Assembly (NCBI GenBank): GCA_003990765.1 | Contig: RBNJ01000053.1 | Location: 1-46,625, forward strand | Source: Jimgerdemannia flammicorona | Taxonomy: Eukaryota | DNA length: 46,625 nt | Direction: 5' to 3' | Notes under the pieces: generated by a model | Databases searched by the model: none | Seen by the model: only the letters and a program-made list of their open reading frames with translations | Told to the model about the DNA's origin: nothing | Program-made: the position numbers and the translations under genes | Part shown: positions 25,747 through 38,694 of the stretch, piece after piece | How the letters are laid out: each line of letters opens with the position of its first letter | Position numbering within the stretch: position 1 is the first letter of the stretch

Positions 25747-27275
25747 TGTGATGCTGAGATGACTCCTACTTCCTATGTTGGGTGGCCGGTTCCTCCGACC
25801 TGATTTGGACAATTGCTGCTTCCCATGGCCGGCGTACTCCTTACCCCGGATTCGTGCCACTTGCGGCTCCTGTTAGCAGGCGGAGCTACCTTGGCACGTC
25901 TACCGATCGTCTCGACCAGGGTTTCGTCGTCGCGGACGTCAATCAGAATGAAGGGTCCAAACCGGTGCAGATATAGGTAGGTATGGGGAATGACGCATCG
26001 TCGTCTGGGTGAAAATGAGCCCCATAGAGTGGGTAGACTAGGTGTCTTGCCTAAACGTTGTCCTGGCCGCCGTTAGAGGTTTTTGGGGAGCGTTCGTTGT
26101 TCGGGAGAGGTTGGCATCAGTTATTTCGAGGTCTGCAGGATGGTTGCGGCGGTTTGACTTCCATCTGATCTTTTTCTCAATGTCCATTGGTCCATTGGTC
26201 TCTTCTAGATCGTCCGACACGGTTAGCTCCGTATTGATATCGGTATTGACAAGGGTTCCGGGCTCCACGTCGGATGCTTGCACACTGACTTCTTTGGGTG
26301 GGTATGGTTCGAAGTTTCCAAGACTAACGAGTGTTCTTGGCTGGGGACTGGGGACAGTTGAATGATTGGGCGTGGCGCTGATCGTTTCTTCGTCGTTATC
26401 TTTTTCATTTTCCGAGGTGTCGGCCGAAGTGTCGTTAAGGACAGTGCAGCTGGATCTTGTCTAGGCCTCAGCAACCAGTTCGGTATTGACTGATGGCTCT
26501 GCTTCTAACGCCTGTGTACCGATCTCTCCGCCCCCTCCGCCCGGGGTATTGTCCGTCCTCGTCAAGGCCTCCGTCTATCATCTTTGGCACCTCTACGATG
26601 ACCTCTGCTTCCTTGCGCCGTCGGCTTTCATGCGATGGGGTTGAAACGGACGGGCATCATTATCGGGTAAGCTTCGGCTTCTGCGCCTTCTTCTTCCATT
26701 AGTTCGGGAACGCTTAAGTGATGTGCGGTAGGTCAGAGTCGTAGGGTAGGCCTGACTTCGCGCCGATAACCAGGCTAGGTTGGGTTTGGATTACGCCGGC
26801 TCTCGTGGTTGACGTTCAGCCTAGCAATATGCCTTTCTTCTTCGCATTCATAGTACTGGCGAACATTGGTCGTTCGTCGCTGTTGCATCTGCTCGTTCAT
26901 CACTGTTGCATCTGCTCGCTGTCGCTGTTGCATCTGCTCGTTCGTCGCTGTTGCATCTACTCGTTCATTTCCGCGCTAACTGCCTTTCATACTATCTCCG
27001 TTATCTCCCCATTGCTAGGCTCGGGCTACGTTTGCCGAGGTAGCCATCACGATCGGTGTAGTCGCACTGATCGGAACCTGACCTTGTCCTTGCATTAACA
27101 GACCTGCCGAAGGGTTCGTCGAAAAATTTGGTTGCAGCATTAGGTAAGGATTGGTGACCGCGAGCGGGTTGCTGGCATAGGTCTGGCTGTCGAAAGGCTC
27201 GAGCGAAGTGTGGAGACACTATGGGGACGAACATGGTTGACCGGAGGATTCCTATTTGGCCGACATTTTCCTCCC
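25747..27275 (-). mobile_element. Probable 3' LTR (~1519 bp, 27265-25747) with adjacent polypurine tract; rest of the element missing
   Basis: On the minus strand GGGAGGAAAA (27275-27266) is followed by TGTCGGCC...CATCACA. The tract resembles the GGAGGAAGA/TG junction of element 1. Similarity to the paralogous host sequence at ~39074-39125 ends at this boundary. Internal imperfect tandem repeat ctgttgcatctgctcg at ~26875-26965. Confidence 0.65.
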
Positions 27276-27865
27276 AGGCCCCTTGCGCTGCGGAAAGGAC
27301 CCTTCGTTATTCACGCTGTGTAATCACTTGCATTATTTTCCAGTCCCAAAGTTCAGAGTACATACAACATGGTGTTGTTAGCTAAAATATAATCCAATAA
27401 AAAGCACAATTCTGAAGCTCGGAGATATGTGTGAAACTGTACTTTTATATAAAGAAGAATAGTGCTTGAGGAAGTTGAATGTGGCTGTCATAAGGAACTG
27501 CCTAACTGGTTCTCTGCAGGCTCAAGCGTCGGCTTGGCCGATATAGGATTACAGAATTTTTTTTCACATCAGCTGGGCCTCGAAGGCATAATAACGTAGA
27601 GCAATCGTGGTCTGTGCTTGCAAAGATAATAGATAGTGGCGGCCGCCATATTTCCAATTTTCAATAAACGGATGGTCGTAGTTACATGACGCCGTCAATC
27701 CAGTTCGACAGACATAAAGTGAGATAAACTGGGCACCTCCATGGTTCTCCTGGTCGTGCCCGACGGCATCTTACGTCTGAAGATCAGGTTCGCTTTTATC
27801 ACCAGAGTCCGCTGCGCCCGATGCGAACACAAAATCCTTGATATCTGTGGAATTTTCTTACCAAA

Positions 27866-28129
27866 GATCTGTGTTCGAATAACATCGGGAAGGTTGGCAA
27901 AACCCAACGCAAATGCCCTCGAAACTTAGAAAACCCTCACCTCATTGAATCCCAGGAAAAAAATTATCGGGCAGAAAAAACCATCGCAAAGACCATGGAA
28001 GCCAACGAAAAGAATCTATCTTTGAATGGCATCGGGAAGGAGGGCGCGAAGGCCGTCGCGGGGGTTCCCGAACCCAACAAAATTCTCACTTCATTGGATT
28101 GGTCGGGGAATAGCATCGAGGAGGAGAGG
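27866..28129 (+). pseudogene. Intronless RI-like LRR relic (about 3 degenerate repeats)
   Basis: Reads DLCSNNIGKVG / ANALET*KTLTSLN / NLSLNGIGKEGAKAVAGVPEPNKILTSLDWSGNSIEEE (last block 28013-28126), with frameshifts and a stop. Confidence 0.7.
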
Positions 28130-28567
28130 TTTGGTCCTATGCCTTTCTTTCTTTTTGGGGCTCCTCCCTGATGTAATTGAACATTAGATCTAACGAGCGA
28201 GTATTTTTTTCGGTTATTAGGGCCCTTATGACATCTATTGCGTCCTCGTCTCTGATTTTTTCCTATGAGGTGAGGGTTCCGTTGGTTTCGAAAGCCTTTG
28301 TGCCATTCTCACCGATAGTGTTTCAGTGAAATGAGGATATTTGGGCCTTACACCGTCATTTAGCCATCCCATTTTTAGTTCCCGTCACCAATAAATAAAT
28401 GAACGTTCTTGCAGAGCCTTCCTAGCCACCAACAATGTGATCTTGCACAATTTTCCTCACTCAAAAAACCCTCGGAGATGTTTCTACCTAGCCACGGTAA
28501 GGCGAATGATAATTGTAGTAGGTTCAATAATCCCTATTACACTCAAAGCCTTTTTTTCCTTTTTTTA

Positions 28568-28598
<31 letters not shown>

Positions 28599-30317
28599 GA
28601 ATAAGGCATAGTTTATGATTGACATCAATCATAAATAAGACACTTTCCCCAACCATTATTCCGCTTTTCGACGAGGGTGCAGAGTTACAGTCCGCAAAAT
28701 GTATGTGCTCTTGAATATCAAACCCACAGTGTTCTTCGAAATTCCAAAATCCTATGAATATACAGTCTCGACAAGAAACTGCAACGCTTCAAGCATACGC
28801 TTCCCCACTGCTCTTCTCCTCTGAACATATATAGTCACATCAGCTATGTCATTCCTGCGCTCCGCGTGCTATTAAGTGTTTAAAATAAAATTCTGGAATA
28901 CATCCTCATTGGGTTAGTTCTAAACTCGTTACCATTCTTGCCGCTTTGCCCAGGAGGCAAATCAATCCGTCCTCCATACCTCCATAGTCAAACAGGTAAT
29001 GGTTTGATTGTTCATTGGCTAGTGGCGTCACACTCAAGACTGTATATAGTAAACTTATTCTGAGCCGACATTTACTTCTTTGCGCGCACGAATGTATTGA
29101 TATGTTTGTTGTGGCCACATAATAACCAACGACACTATACTTTGTGCCAGTTTATTCTACACACTTCAGGCGCGTGCACTATTTGATATGCATCCTGACT
29201 TCGTGCAAGACCCGTAAACGGTCTGCCTGTACTTTAAAAAGGCATCGTCGCCTTCACCATCCACTGATGAAAATTCCTGTAGGAGCTCTGCGATGCGTGT
29301 ATATGTTAATGTGATCGTAAGATGGGCTGCTCTGGAAACGGATCAGAGGGAGCGGAGTTTGCAAAGGACGCCGATAGCGCTTGCCTCCCGCTTTTTATCC
29401 CTCAAACATGTCGTAACGAGGCCGTATTCAGCTTACACGAAGATAGAAATCCAGCGTTCGGAAGGAGGGGTCGACACGCCGTTAGACGCCGTTTTCGAGC
29501 TGTGGGTCGGCGGAGAAGCTCCACCAGAACTTCCGTATCCAGTTCAAGGCATATTAATCTGAATCCAACAGATGATGATGACTTTGAATTTTACGAGATA
29601 AGCGTTCAGGTTGTTCAGAATCTTACGATAAGGCGATGCGAGGTTGCTACGCAGGATTATATCATGTAAGTCAGGATTCTTTTCAAGTCCTTAACAATTG
29701 ACGAGCGGAATTAGTTCAAGGAGCATCGCAACACAGAATTGCTGATGATTGAACACCACCCATGGCCACAGTCAACGCACGTCAGGCGATGGGCCGAATG
29801 GTGACCTATTATGTCCATGATGCCCTGGATATGTCCAACACACAATGCTCTGATGAGCTAGATATAGTCTATGGAGGGACGGGTAGCCCGAATCTTTGGT
29901 ATTGTAAGACAGAAGCGTCTCTATCAGGATCTCTCTGTTGTTTGAGACATCCTGGAATGTATAGAAACTGAATAGTTCCGTGGAAACGTAATCGGCTGGC
30001 GAGAAATGGGATTTGCCCCTGTCCGTGATGAATAAGAGAATGTAATCGCTGAGATGGTTTAGAAGCCATATTATATTTCTATAATATTTCATTGACACGA
30101 GGGTTTCGGACTGAGGATAAACAGAAGGCAGTACCCATGGTTTTATTTAGGATAATAGGCTAAACTAATTTATATATGTTAAAATCTGCCAAAATGAGTG
30201 CCCAATCCATCTCGTTTCCGCTGATGTTAATAGTTACAGAGCACTACATAAATGTATACGCGCGATTGTCGACTAGAAACTAAACATAGGGATGCTAAAT
30301 CACAGTGTGCTCCATTT

Positions 30318-31298
30318 CTACATTCTGTCATAAACCAAGACTTTGAGACTCGTGTTTACTTTCCGCGATTCGGCTAATGCGCTAGCTCCCTTTTCGCCAA
30401 TATAATTTCCTACAGGACGACCACATAAAATGTATAATATTGGCGATCAGCTAGAACACTAACAAGGTGAATGCAAATATATAATGCTCTTTGTTTGTAC
30501 ATACCTCCTAGATTCAGGTTTTGCAGGCTCGTGTTCATTATCAGTGCTTCGGCTAGTGCGCAGGCTCCCTCCTCGCCAATACAATTGTCTACAGAGAACG
30601 CATAAACAATATACACATGGTTGTCAGCTATAACACTAAAAAAATGAGTGTAAAATATAACATACTTCATTTCTACATACATTTTAGATCCAGGTTTTGC
30701 AGGCTCATGTTCATTTTCAGTGCTTCTGCTAATGCACTGGCTCCCTTATCGCCAATACCATTGTCTACAGATGAATGCACAAAATGTATAAGCTTGACCA
30801 TCAGCTAGAACACTAAAAAGATGAATGCAAAAATATAATACTCATCACTCTAACATACATGCTAGATCTAGATTTTGCAGGCTCGTGTTCATTTTCAGTG
30901 CTTCAGCTAATGCACTGGCTCCCTTATCACCAATATCATTGCCTATAGATGAATACACAAAATGTATAAGCTTGACCATCAACTAGAACATTAAAAAGAT
31001 GAATGCAAAAATATAATACTCATCACTCTGACATACTTGTTAGATCTAGATTTTGCAGGCTCGTGTTCATTTTCAGTACTTCGGCTAATGCACTGGCTCC
31101 CTTATCGCCAATATCATTGTCTACAGATGAATGCACAAAATTTATAAGCTTGACCACCAGCTAGAACACTAAAAAGATGAATGCAAAAATATAATACTCA
31201 TCACTCTGACATACATGTTAGATCTAGATTTTGCAGGCTCGTATTTATTTTCAGTGCTTCGGCGAGTACGCTGGCACCCTTCTCGTCAATGCAATGCC
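30318..31298 (-). repeat. LRR exon-intron tandem array of copy C (6 units)
   Basis: The first four exon starts are exactly 178 bp apart with near-identical introns. Confidence 0.95.
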
Positions 31299-34275
31299 CT
31301 ACAGAGGAATATGAAATATATGTGAGTAGTTGTCAGCTATAGCACTAGGAGATGAATGCAAAAATACAATGTGTGCTTATTTCATATATACCTTTTTTAT
31401 AATGGAGTTGTCTGACTGTAGAAATATATAAAAATATTAACATAAAGTCAATAGTTAGAAACTATCAAAAAGATAATACAATTTGATTTTATATATATTC
31501 TTAAGCTTGAATATTCAAGCTCATTTTATAACTTTAGCTTAAGTTCTGATATTCTTTACACTATTTTTTTTATAAGCTTGTATAAAATTTATAAAGAATT
31601 TCTCAAAAAGTATTACAGTGTTGAATATACCTGAAAGATCAAGTGTTCGAAGTTGAAGACACTTCTTAATAATGTTTTTAATCCTACAGATAAATAAATG
31701 TTAATGTTGTTAGTATAGATATTTCAAATAACTCATCTATAATTAGACCAAAGTATTAAATAAAATATTATTATACGGTATATTCCTCAGCTCATTTATT
31801 CTAGAGATATATCAATAATATGTTAGTATTTAATATATATATCAGTTTTTCAACAACAGTATTTATATTAACTTACACAACGATTTCAACAGTTGTCACA
31901 GCATTAATAAGAGCTTCCACATCCTCTGAATGAACCTTTTCACAACCTACAAAGCTATAATTTGGTTGCTCAGTAATCATTCCAGGTAAGCAAAAATAAA
32001 ATAAAATAACAGAAAACGTATTACCTGATTTTCCGTAAAGGAATGCCAGAAAGCTCGCGCGTCACCGAATTTCGAAATGTGCGCAAAGATCCCTTTGACA
32101 AGTCCTCCATTCTGAATATTAAAATAAAACAGCTTTGAGTATAAAAACAGTATAGACATAAAAGATACAAGTTAAATATTAAATCAGAAAATAATACGAA
32201 CCTCAGTTCCCAAGTTTCGTCGTTAAACGTAATGCTGTCACCCATGGAACTGCTCTTGATGGCGGTATGAAGCCTTCGAACAGCATTAGTTGTATCCCAT
32301 TCGGATGAATGATTTTTGCATACCCATCGCACTGTTATGCTGCCTTTTTCCCCATGACGGAGCACGCGCTGCAGATTCCCAAGTCGGTTTGCATTATCCA
32401 TGCCCTCAAGATAAGCTATTAATCAAATTTAAAAAGAAGCATGAGTATATTGAAAGCAGTGCACATATATTTTTTCAGAAAATTAATGTATCGCTGTACC
32501 TTGAAGTTCTCGCAGATCAGGTCTTTCCATCAGTCCCGGCGATCTTCCTTGCATCTGAACCGAGGGCGGCGCATCAGTCGTACATTTCTTGACCTGGTTG
32601 TCAGTAGCCTCGAGTTTGTCTCCGAATGCCTTAAAAAATTTCTCAGTCTGTGCGCAGAACTCAAGTTCGTGATCCGTAAATATGGACGATTCTGTTGCCT
32701 CGTATGCCATTGAAGCGACTTGACCGCCAGACCGTAGGACCTCTGCTGCCGCCTTCCCAATTGCAGGGACACATTCCAATAGGCGTCCTCCTAAGCGTAC
32801 AGCCAGCAATAGACAGGGCATGATCTATTGCATTAAAAATGTTAGATAGCGTACAAAGAGATTTCGGACGCTCAAGCTCAATCAGACGACATACCGTACG
32901 TATGTATGGCCCATATTTGGCTACAAACTAGAATACATTTTGTAGAGATATGTCATGAGGAATAACAAGCACCTGTATTTTTACAATTGTATTATATATC
33001 ATATTGAATATCAACATACCTCCCGTGGTCGGGCGACACGGTAACCATCATGATACGCCAGATGGAATTGTTTCTTTGCGATGCCGTTTTCGATGGTTTC
33101 GTGCTCGCAGAGAAAATATAGACGGAATGTTTTGGTGAAGAGGCTGTCAATTGACGATTCCCACCAATGACCATCCTCGGGAAAGATGAAGAAGAGGCGC
33201 GGGACTGTATCCTCATGGAGATCAAGCATGAGCTTAGGCAGACTGTCGACCTTGCCGTGAAGCTCGTCGAGGCTGCTGAGGATATCTCTCGTGTCGCCCT
33301 TTATGTCTTCTGTATCATGTTTTATGTCCTGTACAATCTATATTAATGTAGGGGATATAATCGTGAGGTTGCATAAACATCGTATCAGGACAATCCGCTA
33401 AACAAAATATCGATTACTACTAACCGATGCCAGATCGGAAGATGGTGCTGGGACAGAAAACATATATTATAATTAGCTCTTTTTCGATGAGTTTCCGAAA
33501 TCACATCCCTTTGAATAGCTGCACAATAAACCGCATAATCCACCTACCTCGTAGTTGCTCCTTCAGAATATCGAGAAGTTTACACTTTGTTTCATGAAGC
33601 TCTGTTCGCTCTTTACCAAGTCGGTCTTTCTCCTTCTCATCCGTTGTCGATTCGTTCTTCAGGGCCACCAGTTCAATTTTTTGCGTCAGTTTATCGATTT
33701 CGGCCTCAATCTTCTTGATTCTGACATCGGCGACGCTTTTTCTGGTAGCTATTATGTATAATTATGAGCGAAAAATAGTTTAATTCAAGACAATATATAT
33801 ATGTATGTTGTGTTGGGACAATATATCACACCAAAGAAAAAGCACGTACCCTCCGTAGATGCTTGCTGAGTTCCTAATTCAGATACAAATGAAATATTTA
33901 AGCTTCAGTTAGCAAAGGTACCAAAGCGTTATTGCTGTTGGCAGAGCCATTTACTCGATAGTGAATCCTTTAATACCCCTCAAAACCATTGCTTTGGAAA
34001 TGCATTTGACTGTAGATACGGTAATTACCTCGTAATCGAGCAATCTCACCCATAATTTTGGTCACAGGACCACCTCGCAAATTATACGGAGGTCCCAACA
34101 GAGCGTTTTCGGTCAGCTGAAGGAGAGCGTTCCCATCCACCTCCTGATCCAGCAAGATTGCGGCATGCTCGGGCCTCAATCTGAGAGCAGGATGCTGAAA
34201 GTGTTCAAATACGCGGTTTTCGTCCCAAGTATTTATTTCTTCAAGCGAAGGAGTTGGAAGTTCGGAGGAGGACAT
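30318..34275 (-). CDS. Copy C: SAM - coiled coil - conserved core - RI-like LRR protein; 19 exons, ~717 aa
   Basis: Manual GT-AG model, open throughout. Non-LRR exons: 34275-34029, 33873-33850, 33748-33548, 33447-33425, 33328-33020, 32927-32895, 32824-32500, 32415-32202, 32111-32025, 31954-31877, 31800-31777, 31683-31631, 31415-31392. LRR exons: 31298-31215, 31120-31037, 30942-30859, 30764-30681, 30588-30505, terminal 30409-30318. Confidence 0.88.
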
Positions 34276-36349
34276 GGTGGCAAAGATAGAGGCGTACACT
34301 GATTTGGTTTAGGTGGTTAAGAGAAGAGTTTTCTGCAGACGTGAAAGTCGTTTGTGCAAGGTATTTATCCGTGTAAAACAACCTCCGAGCTCCGTAATCA
34401 GGTCATTCAACGTTCTCCGAAAAAGGCGACTGCTGTCCTTTTTCAGCGTCCAAACGTCACGAAATCAATTCAAGAAGGCAACATGATACACTGGAATATT
34501 CTTTGTAAGAATGTTTGTCAAAGTACGAACTTGGTGATACCTGCAAGATTGACAGGACTTAATCATTATATAATTACATAAGAATGTTTTCAAATCAAAA
34601 TTGACCAAATTTCATTCAGAGGTAGGTAGTGTTGAACGTATTCACATACATGGTTGTCATTCATACATTGTTCCTCTTAGTTGAAAATTTGTCCTTATAA
34701 TTAGGTCGAGGCGACGGAGGAGCGGCGATGTGTATTGTCAATAACACCTATCTAGCCAATTTGAGTATTTGAACTTTAAAATTCGGTAATATAAGCACTT
34801 TGACCAAATCATACTTGATCGACAATTTCATGGCGCAGTTTTTCCTTTAATCAAACCCATGTCCTCTCGTCGAGAATTTGGGTACAGTTGGGCATAGCCG
34901 AGAAGGCTGCAATAGAGAACGTGCTAAAGTGGCAGATGACCCCTGTGCCAAAACGGGTGAGCAGGCCGCTCCGATCGGTTCTTTGCCTTTCGGGTCGTTT
35001 GCGAAGTGATGGTAGGGTCGCAGCTGAGCGCAAAGCCCCCATGTGTGCTGTGCTACCGAGGTTTCTACCAGTTCCAAAAGGGAACATGACCGTCATATGG
35101 TCATTAACCAGAGGACGAAACCTTGAGGCCTTGACTCAATAGAGTATTTTCGGTGAGTAGAAGGGTAGGGGCTCCGACTGTTTTCTGGAAGTCGTCTGTC
35201 AGAAAAAGCCAGAACTATCACAACGTCTTTGCTAGTGAATTCCTTAAAGCGTCGCAGGGCAACCTGTCAAGCCTGAAAATGACCCTTTGAGGGTGCGCTT
35301 CTTACCTGAATGCACGGAATTCCCATTTCTGCAGGACAATAGTTTGTCCATCTGGCAGTTAAGAATTACAGCTGGCACGTGTTCCATACAATGTTTTGGA
35401 AAATATGCTTGAGGTAACAGTGTTGGTGTTGAGGGTATGGATGGGTAGGAGTGTAACTGGGGAAGGGAGGATATGCATTAGTAAATATATGGACCTAACA
35501 TACCATCGACCTTCCCTCTCCAACACATGTACCGACATCCTTACTTATCGCCGACGCCTCTCCAACCTTCTTCAACCCTTGGTAGCCTTCACCTCCAACC
35601 AACAGTGGCATCCCCCAGACGTTCGACCACCACACAAACTGAAAGACGACGAAATCGAATGGAACTGGCGCCGTTGATGCAGATAAGTAATTTGAGCTTG
35701 TTATTTGAGCGACAACGAAGGGCGAAGATGGTTTATGTGATGGCGTGTCAAGTTGCAGCGGGGTGGGGGTCAGGGTCATGGAGTTGGCAGAAATGTGGTT
35801 TGAAGACTTGACTTGAGGTGATAGCATGAAGGGTCTCGTTCCATGATGAGGTAGTAGAGTTGAGACAGGAACTATCTACAGAGTGACCAGAGAGGAAGCG
35901 ATTGCAGGGGTTGAGGAATGGAGGATGGCAGTCGCAGATTGCATTGACAGTGTGACTGAAGCAGCATGGCCTGTTCTGTTCATGAATACACACATGATAA
36001 GGATATTTAACGAAACATGCTCTTTTCCGTTTCCGAGGACGGTAGGAATGGGACTCTTCATTTCGCCGAATACAATCTCCACCGATGGCCCCTGGTTTTG
36101 CGTACTGCGTTTAATCTCTAAATTATGAATAATTTCGAGACTATCAAAATTATAGTAGCTCGTCTTTAAGTAATACACTTACAATAAGTCTTCAAAAACA
36201 CAATCCTTCAATTAATTTTTGCACACTTCAGGTGCGTGCATATGTACATGAATGTTTTAGGTATATCCGATATGCTGAAACCAGTATACATCTGTAAGGG
36301 TCTGATAGCCTCGTCTGCAAAATGAAGGTTCCGCGGGGAAAATAGCCTG

Positions 36350-37560
36350 GTGGCGTTCTGCTCTGTCATGTGTTGTCAGCTTGCACAGAGACCCCAAGTT
36401 GACGTCCCTTTCTCCGCTACCTTACCAGTCACAAGGTTTGGTAGGCAACCTTCTGAGTCCCCTTTCCCCTATTATTACCCCCTCTACCTTGGGTTGGTTT
36501 GCTGTGCCTGCATGGGCATGGTGGGAGGAGGGCAATGGTGATGAGTTGCCCCTTTATCAGTGTCGGATCAGTGTCTTCTCCACTTTTTTGTGGTTTCTGG
36601 TATCTTTGGCTGCATCTGGAGTGCATCCATTTTAGTGTGGTGCCTTCTTCCTTTTGCCATCACCAACAAGGTACTAACTTGGTGTGTCTTGGACTACATA
36701 GAGAGTCGGCTGACCTTGGGCATCAAGTGCTCAGTGTAGGTTACCTGTAGGTCCTTGGTGCCTGTGGTGGGGCCCTCTGGCTTTGGCGAGCTTCCCAGCA
36801 AGTATGGTTCTGGCATAGGTGACTGTTTTTCAGGTGATGTCGGGATGGGAGGAGAGATGGCTATCACAGATAGGAGGAAGGATGATTACGGTAAACCAGT
36901 AGGATGCCAGGCTGGGGGCAGTCATTGGAGCTGGGGCGGATAATATTTCAGTAGGGCCTTTCGATTGGCTAGTGGGGGGTGGGGTGGTGCAGGGGCTGGC
37001 ATTCTGGCTGTATCCAACTGGAACCAGGAGCTGACATGGTAACGTGATCGAGGCCTGCAGGCTTGGGGAGTGGGGCCTTCCTCATTTGGCAGTACCTGAC
37101 TGGAACCAGAAGCTGACATGGCAATGTGATCAAGGCCCACAGGCTTGGGGAGTGGGAGTGGAGTCTCTTCAGGCCCTAGCCCATATATAAGTCCTTTGAG
37201 GAAGGTACTGTATATAAGTCCTTTACTCACCTGCTTTGAATCTACTTTGCTCTCTATTGGTTGGTTAGGGGGTTTTTTCTTTACCTCGAGCTTTCTTTTA
37301 GGGTTCAGGGGGCTCTTCTTTATTCAGTCCTAGTGCTGCTAGATCTGATGCATAGGTGTGCTCTCATATGTAAATGATGATCCAGCCCTGGTGAGCAGAC
37401 AAGTCTAGTCTATGTTGTGGGGGTTGATGTAGCTGGTGTTCAACAGGCATAGCTGGAGCAGTGAGACTGCTGGACAATTTAGTAGCCTAGGTTAATGGGG
37501 GGATATTGTTTGGTGGGTGGTGGGGGAGGGTTTTGACCTATATAGTCTAGGTTCCCTTCC
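36350..37560. mobile_element. Possible degraded transposon-derived segment
   Basis: Interrupts the tandem-unit homology. G-rich on the plus strand and visibly CpG-poor, like the decayed retroelements. No diagnostic domain recognised. Confidence 0.3.
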
Positions 37561-37707
37561 AATAAAAATCCATGGGACTATGAGTCTGTTAAAAAAAAAA
37601 AAAAAAAAAAAAGAGACCCCAAGTTGATCTATGACCCAAACGCATCATCATAGATCTGCCCTTTTTGGTTAGTGACTTATTTCCAGTGAAACATCCTGTC
37701 AATGTAT

Positions 37708-38160
37708 TGTGACAAGCAAAAAAACATAGTATATATAACCAGATGACGTGACCCAGATGATGCAGCATAGCTACCCACATAGTTACCATCACCTGTATAA
37801 ATAGCCGACCTACCCAAAACCAGTATGTTCATCTGTGTCCTGTGGACACACTCATGTCCTGTGGACACACTCATGTCCTGCGGACACACCCATGTCCTGC
37901 AGATATACTCATGTCCTGTAGATACACCTATATCCAGTGGACACACCCAAATATTACCAAGAGTGGTAAATCTATAATTACCCAGATAGTAACCAGGTAG
38001 CAACCAACTTGTATAAATACCCCAGAGACAAGAGTGAATAAACCTCAGTCCGAAATTCAAACACATTTCCTAACTCCGGTCCACTTTCCAATACAAAGCT
38101 TGAGATTTGCCACCAAAGTTCGAGTGAAGAACTTCGCTACCATTTGAAGAGAAACTTGCC
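37708..38160 (+). mobile_element. Truncated copy of the 11789-12956 LTR family, inverted orientation
   Basis: Begins TGTGACAA, the reverse complement of the 12956 end. 37965-38060 and 38073-38160 match the reverse complement of ~12680-12775 and ~12478-12598. Confidence 0.85.
37836..37949 (+). repeat. 19-bp minisatellite, 6 imperfect copies (TGTCCTGTGGACACACTCA)
   Basis: Head-to-tail units with no spacers, inside the LTR fragment. Confidence 0.9.
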
Positions 38161-38694
38161 GCCATTTGAGTAATCTGTCGTCTCATGAAGTCCAAATTTC
38201 CAGTGATCGGAAGCCGGAACTGACACGCCGTTAGACGCAGTTCTCGAACTATGTGTCGACGGAGAACCTCTGTCCTGAGTTCGTCTTTGTGGGCAATGAT
38301 TTGGAATTGTATGGGCCACGCATTCGGGTTCGCAACCTTTGATGATGTCAATGAAATTCTGGCTTTATACAGTATAACTGGAACGCATTTACGATACTCG
38401 AAAACCTTAGTTTTTTAATGAGCGATTTATAGTCTATGGACATCGCAGGATGTAAGCACCTTTATCAGGATCTGTCTATTATTAGTTGGACACCTGCACC
38501 TGGTACAGTGAAACTGAGTATTCGCATGGAAAATAAATCGGCTGGTGAGTAGACAGGAGTGGCAGGCGCCCCTGTCCATGACGAATAAGAGGATATGATC
38601 GCGGACGTGGACTGACATGGATTGAAACCCATATTATATTTGGGTTTTCCTCGACGCGCAGGGGTTAAAATCTGCCAGAATGAGTTGCCTTATC

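Noticed and set aside
35396-36178. Cluster of short ORFs, possibly a LINE or gene relic
   Set aside because: No diagnostic RT, endonuclease or other motif could be read.
37836-37949. 19-bp repeat array as CRISPR
   Set aside because: Head-to-tail with no spacers; a minisatellite within an LTR fragment.
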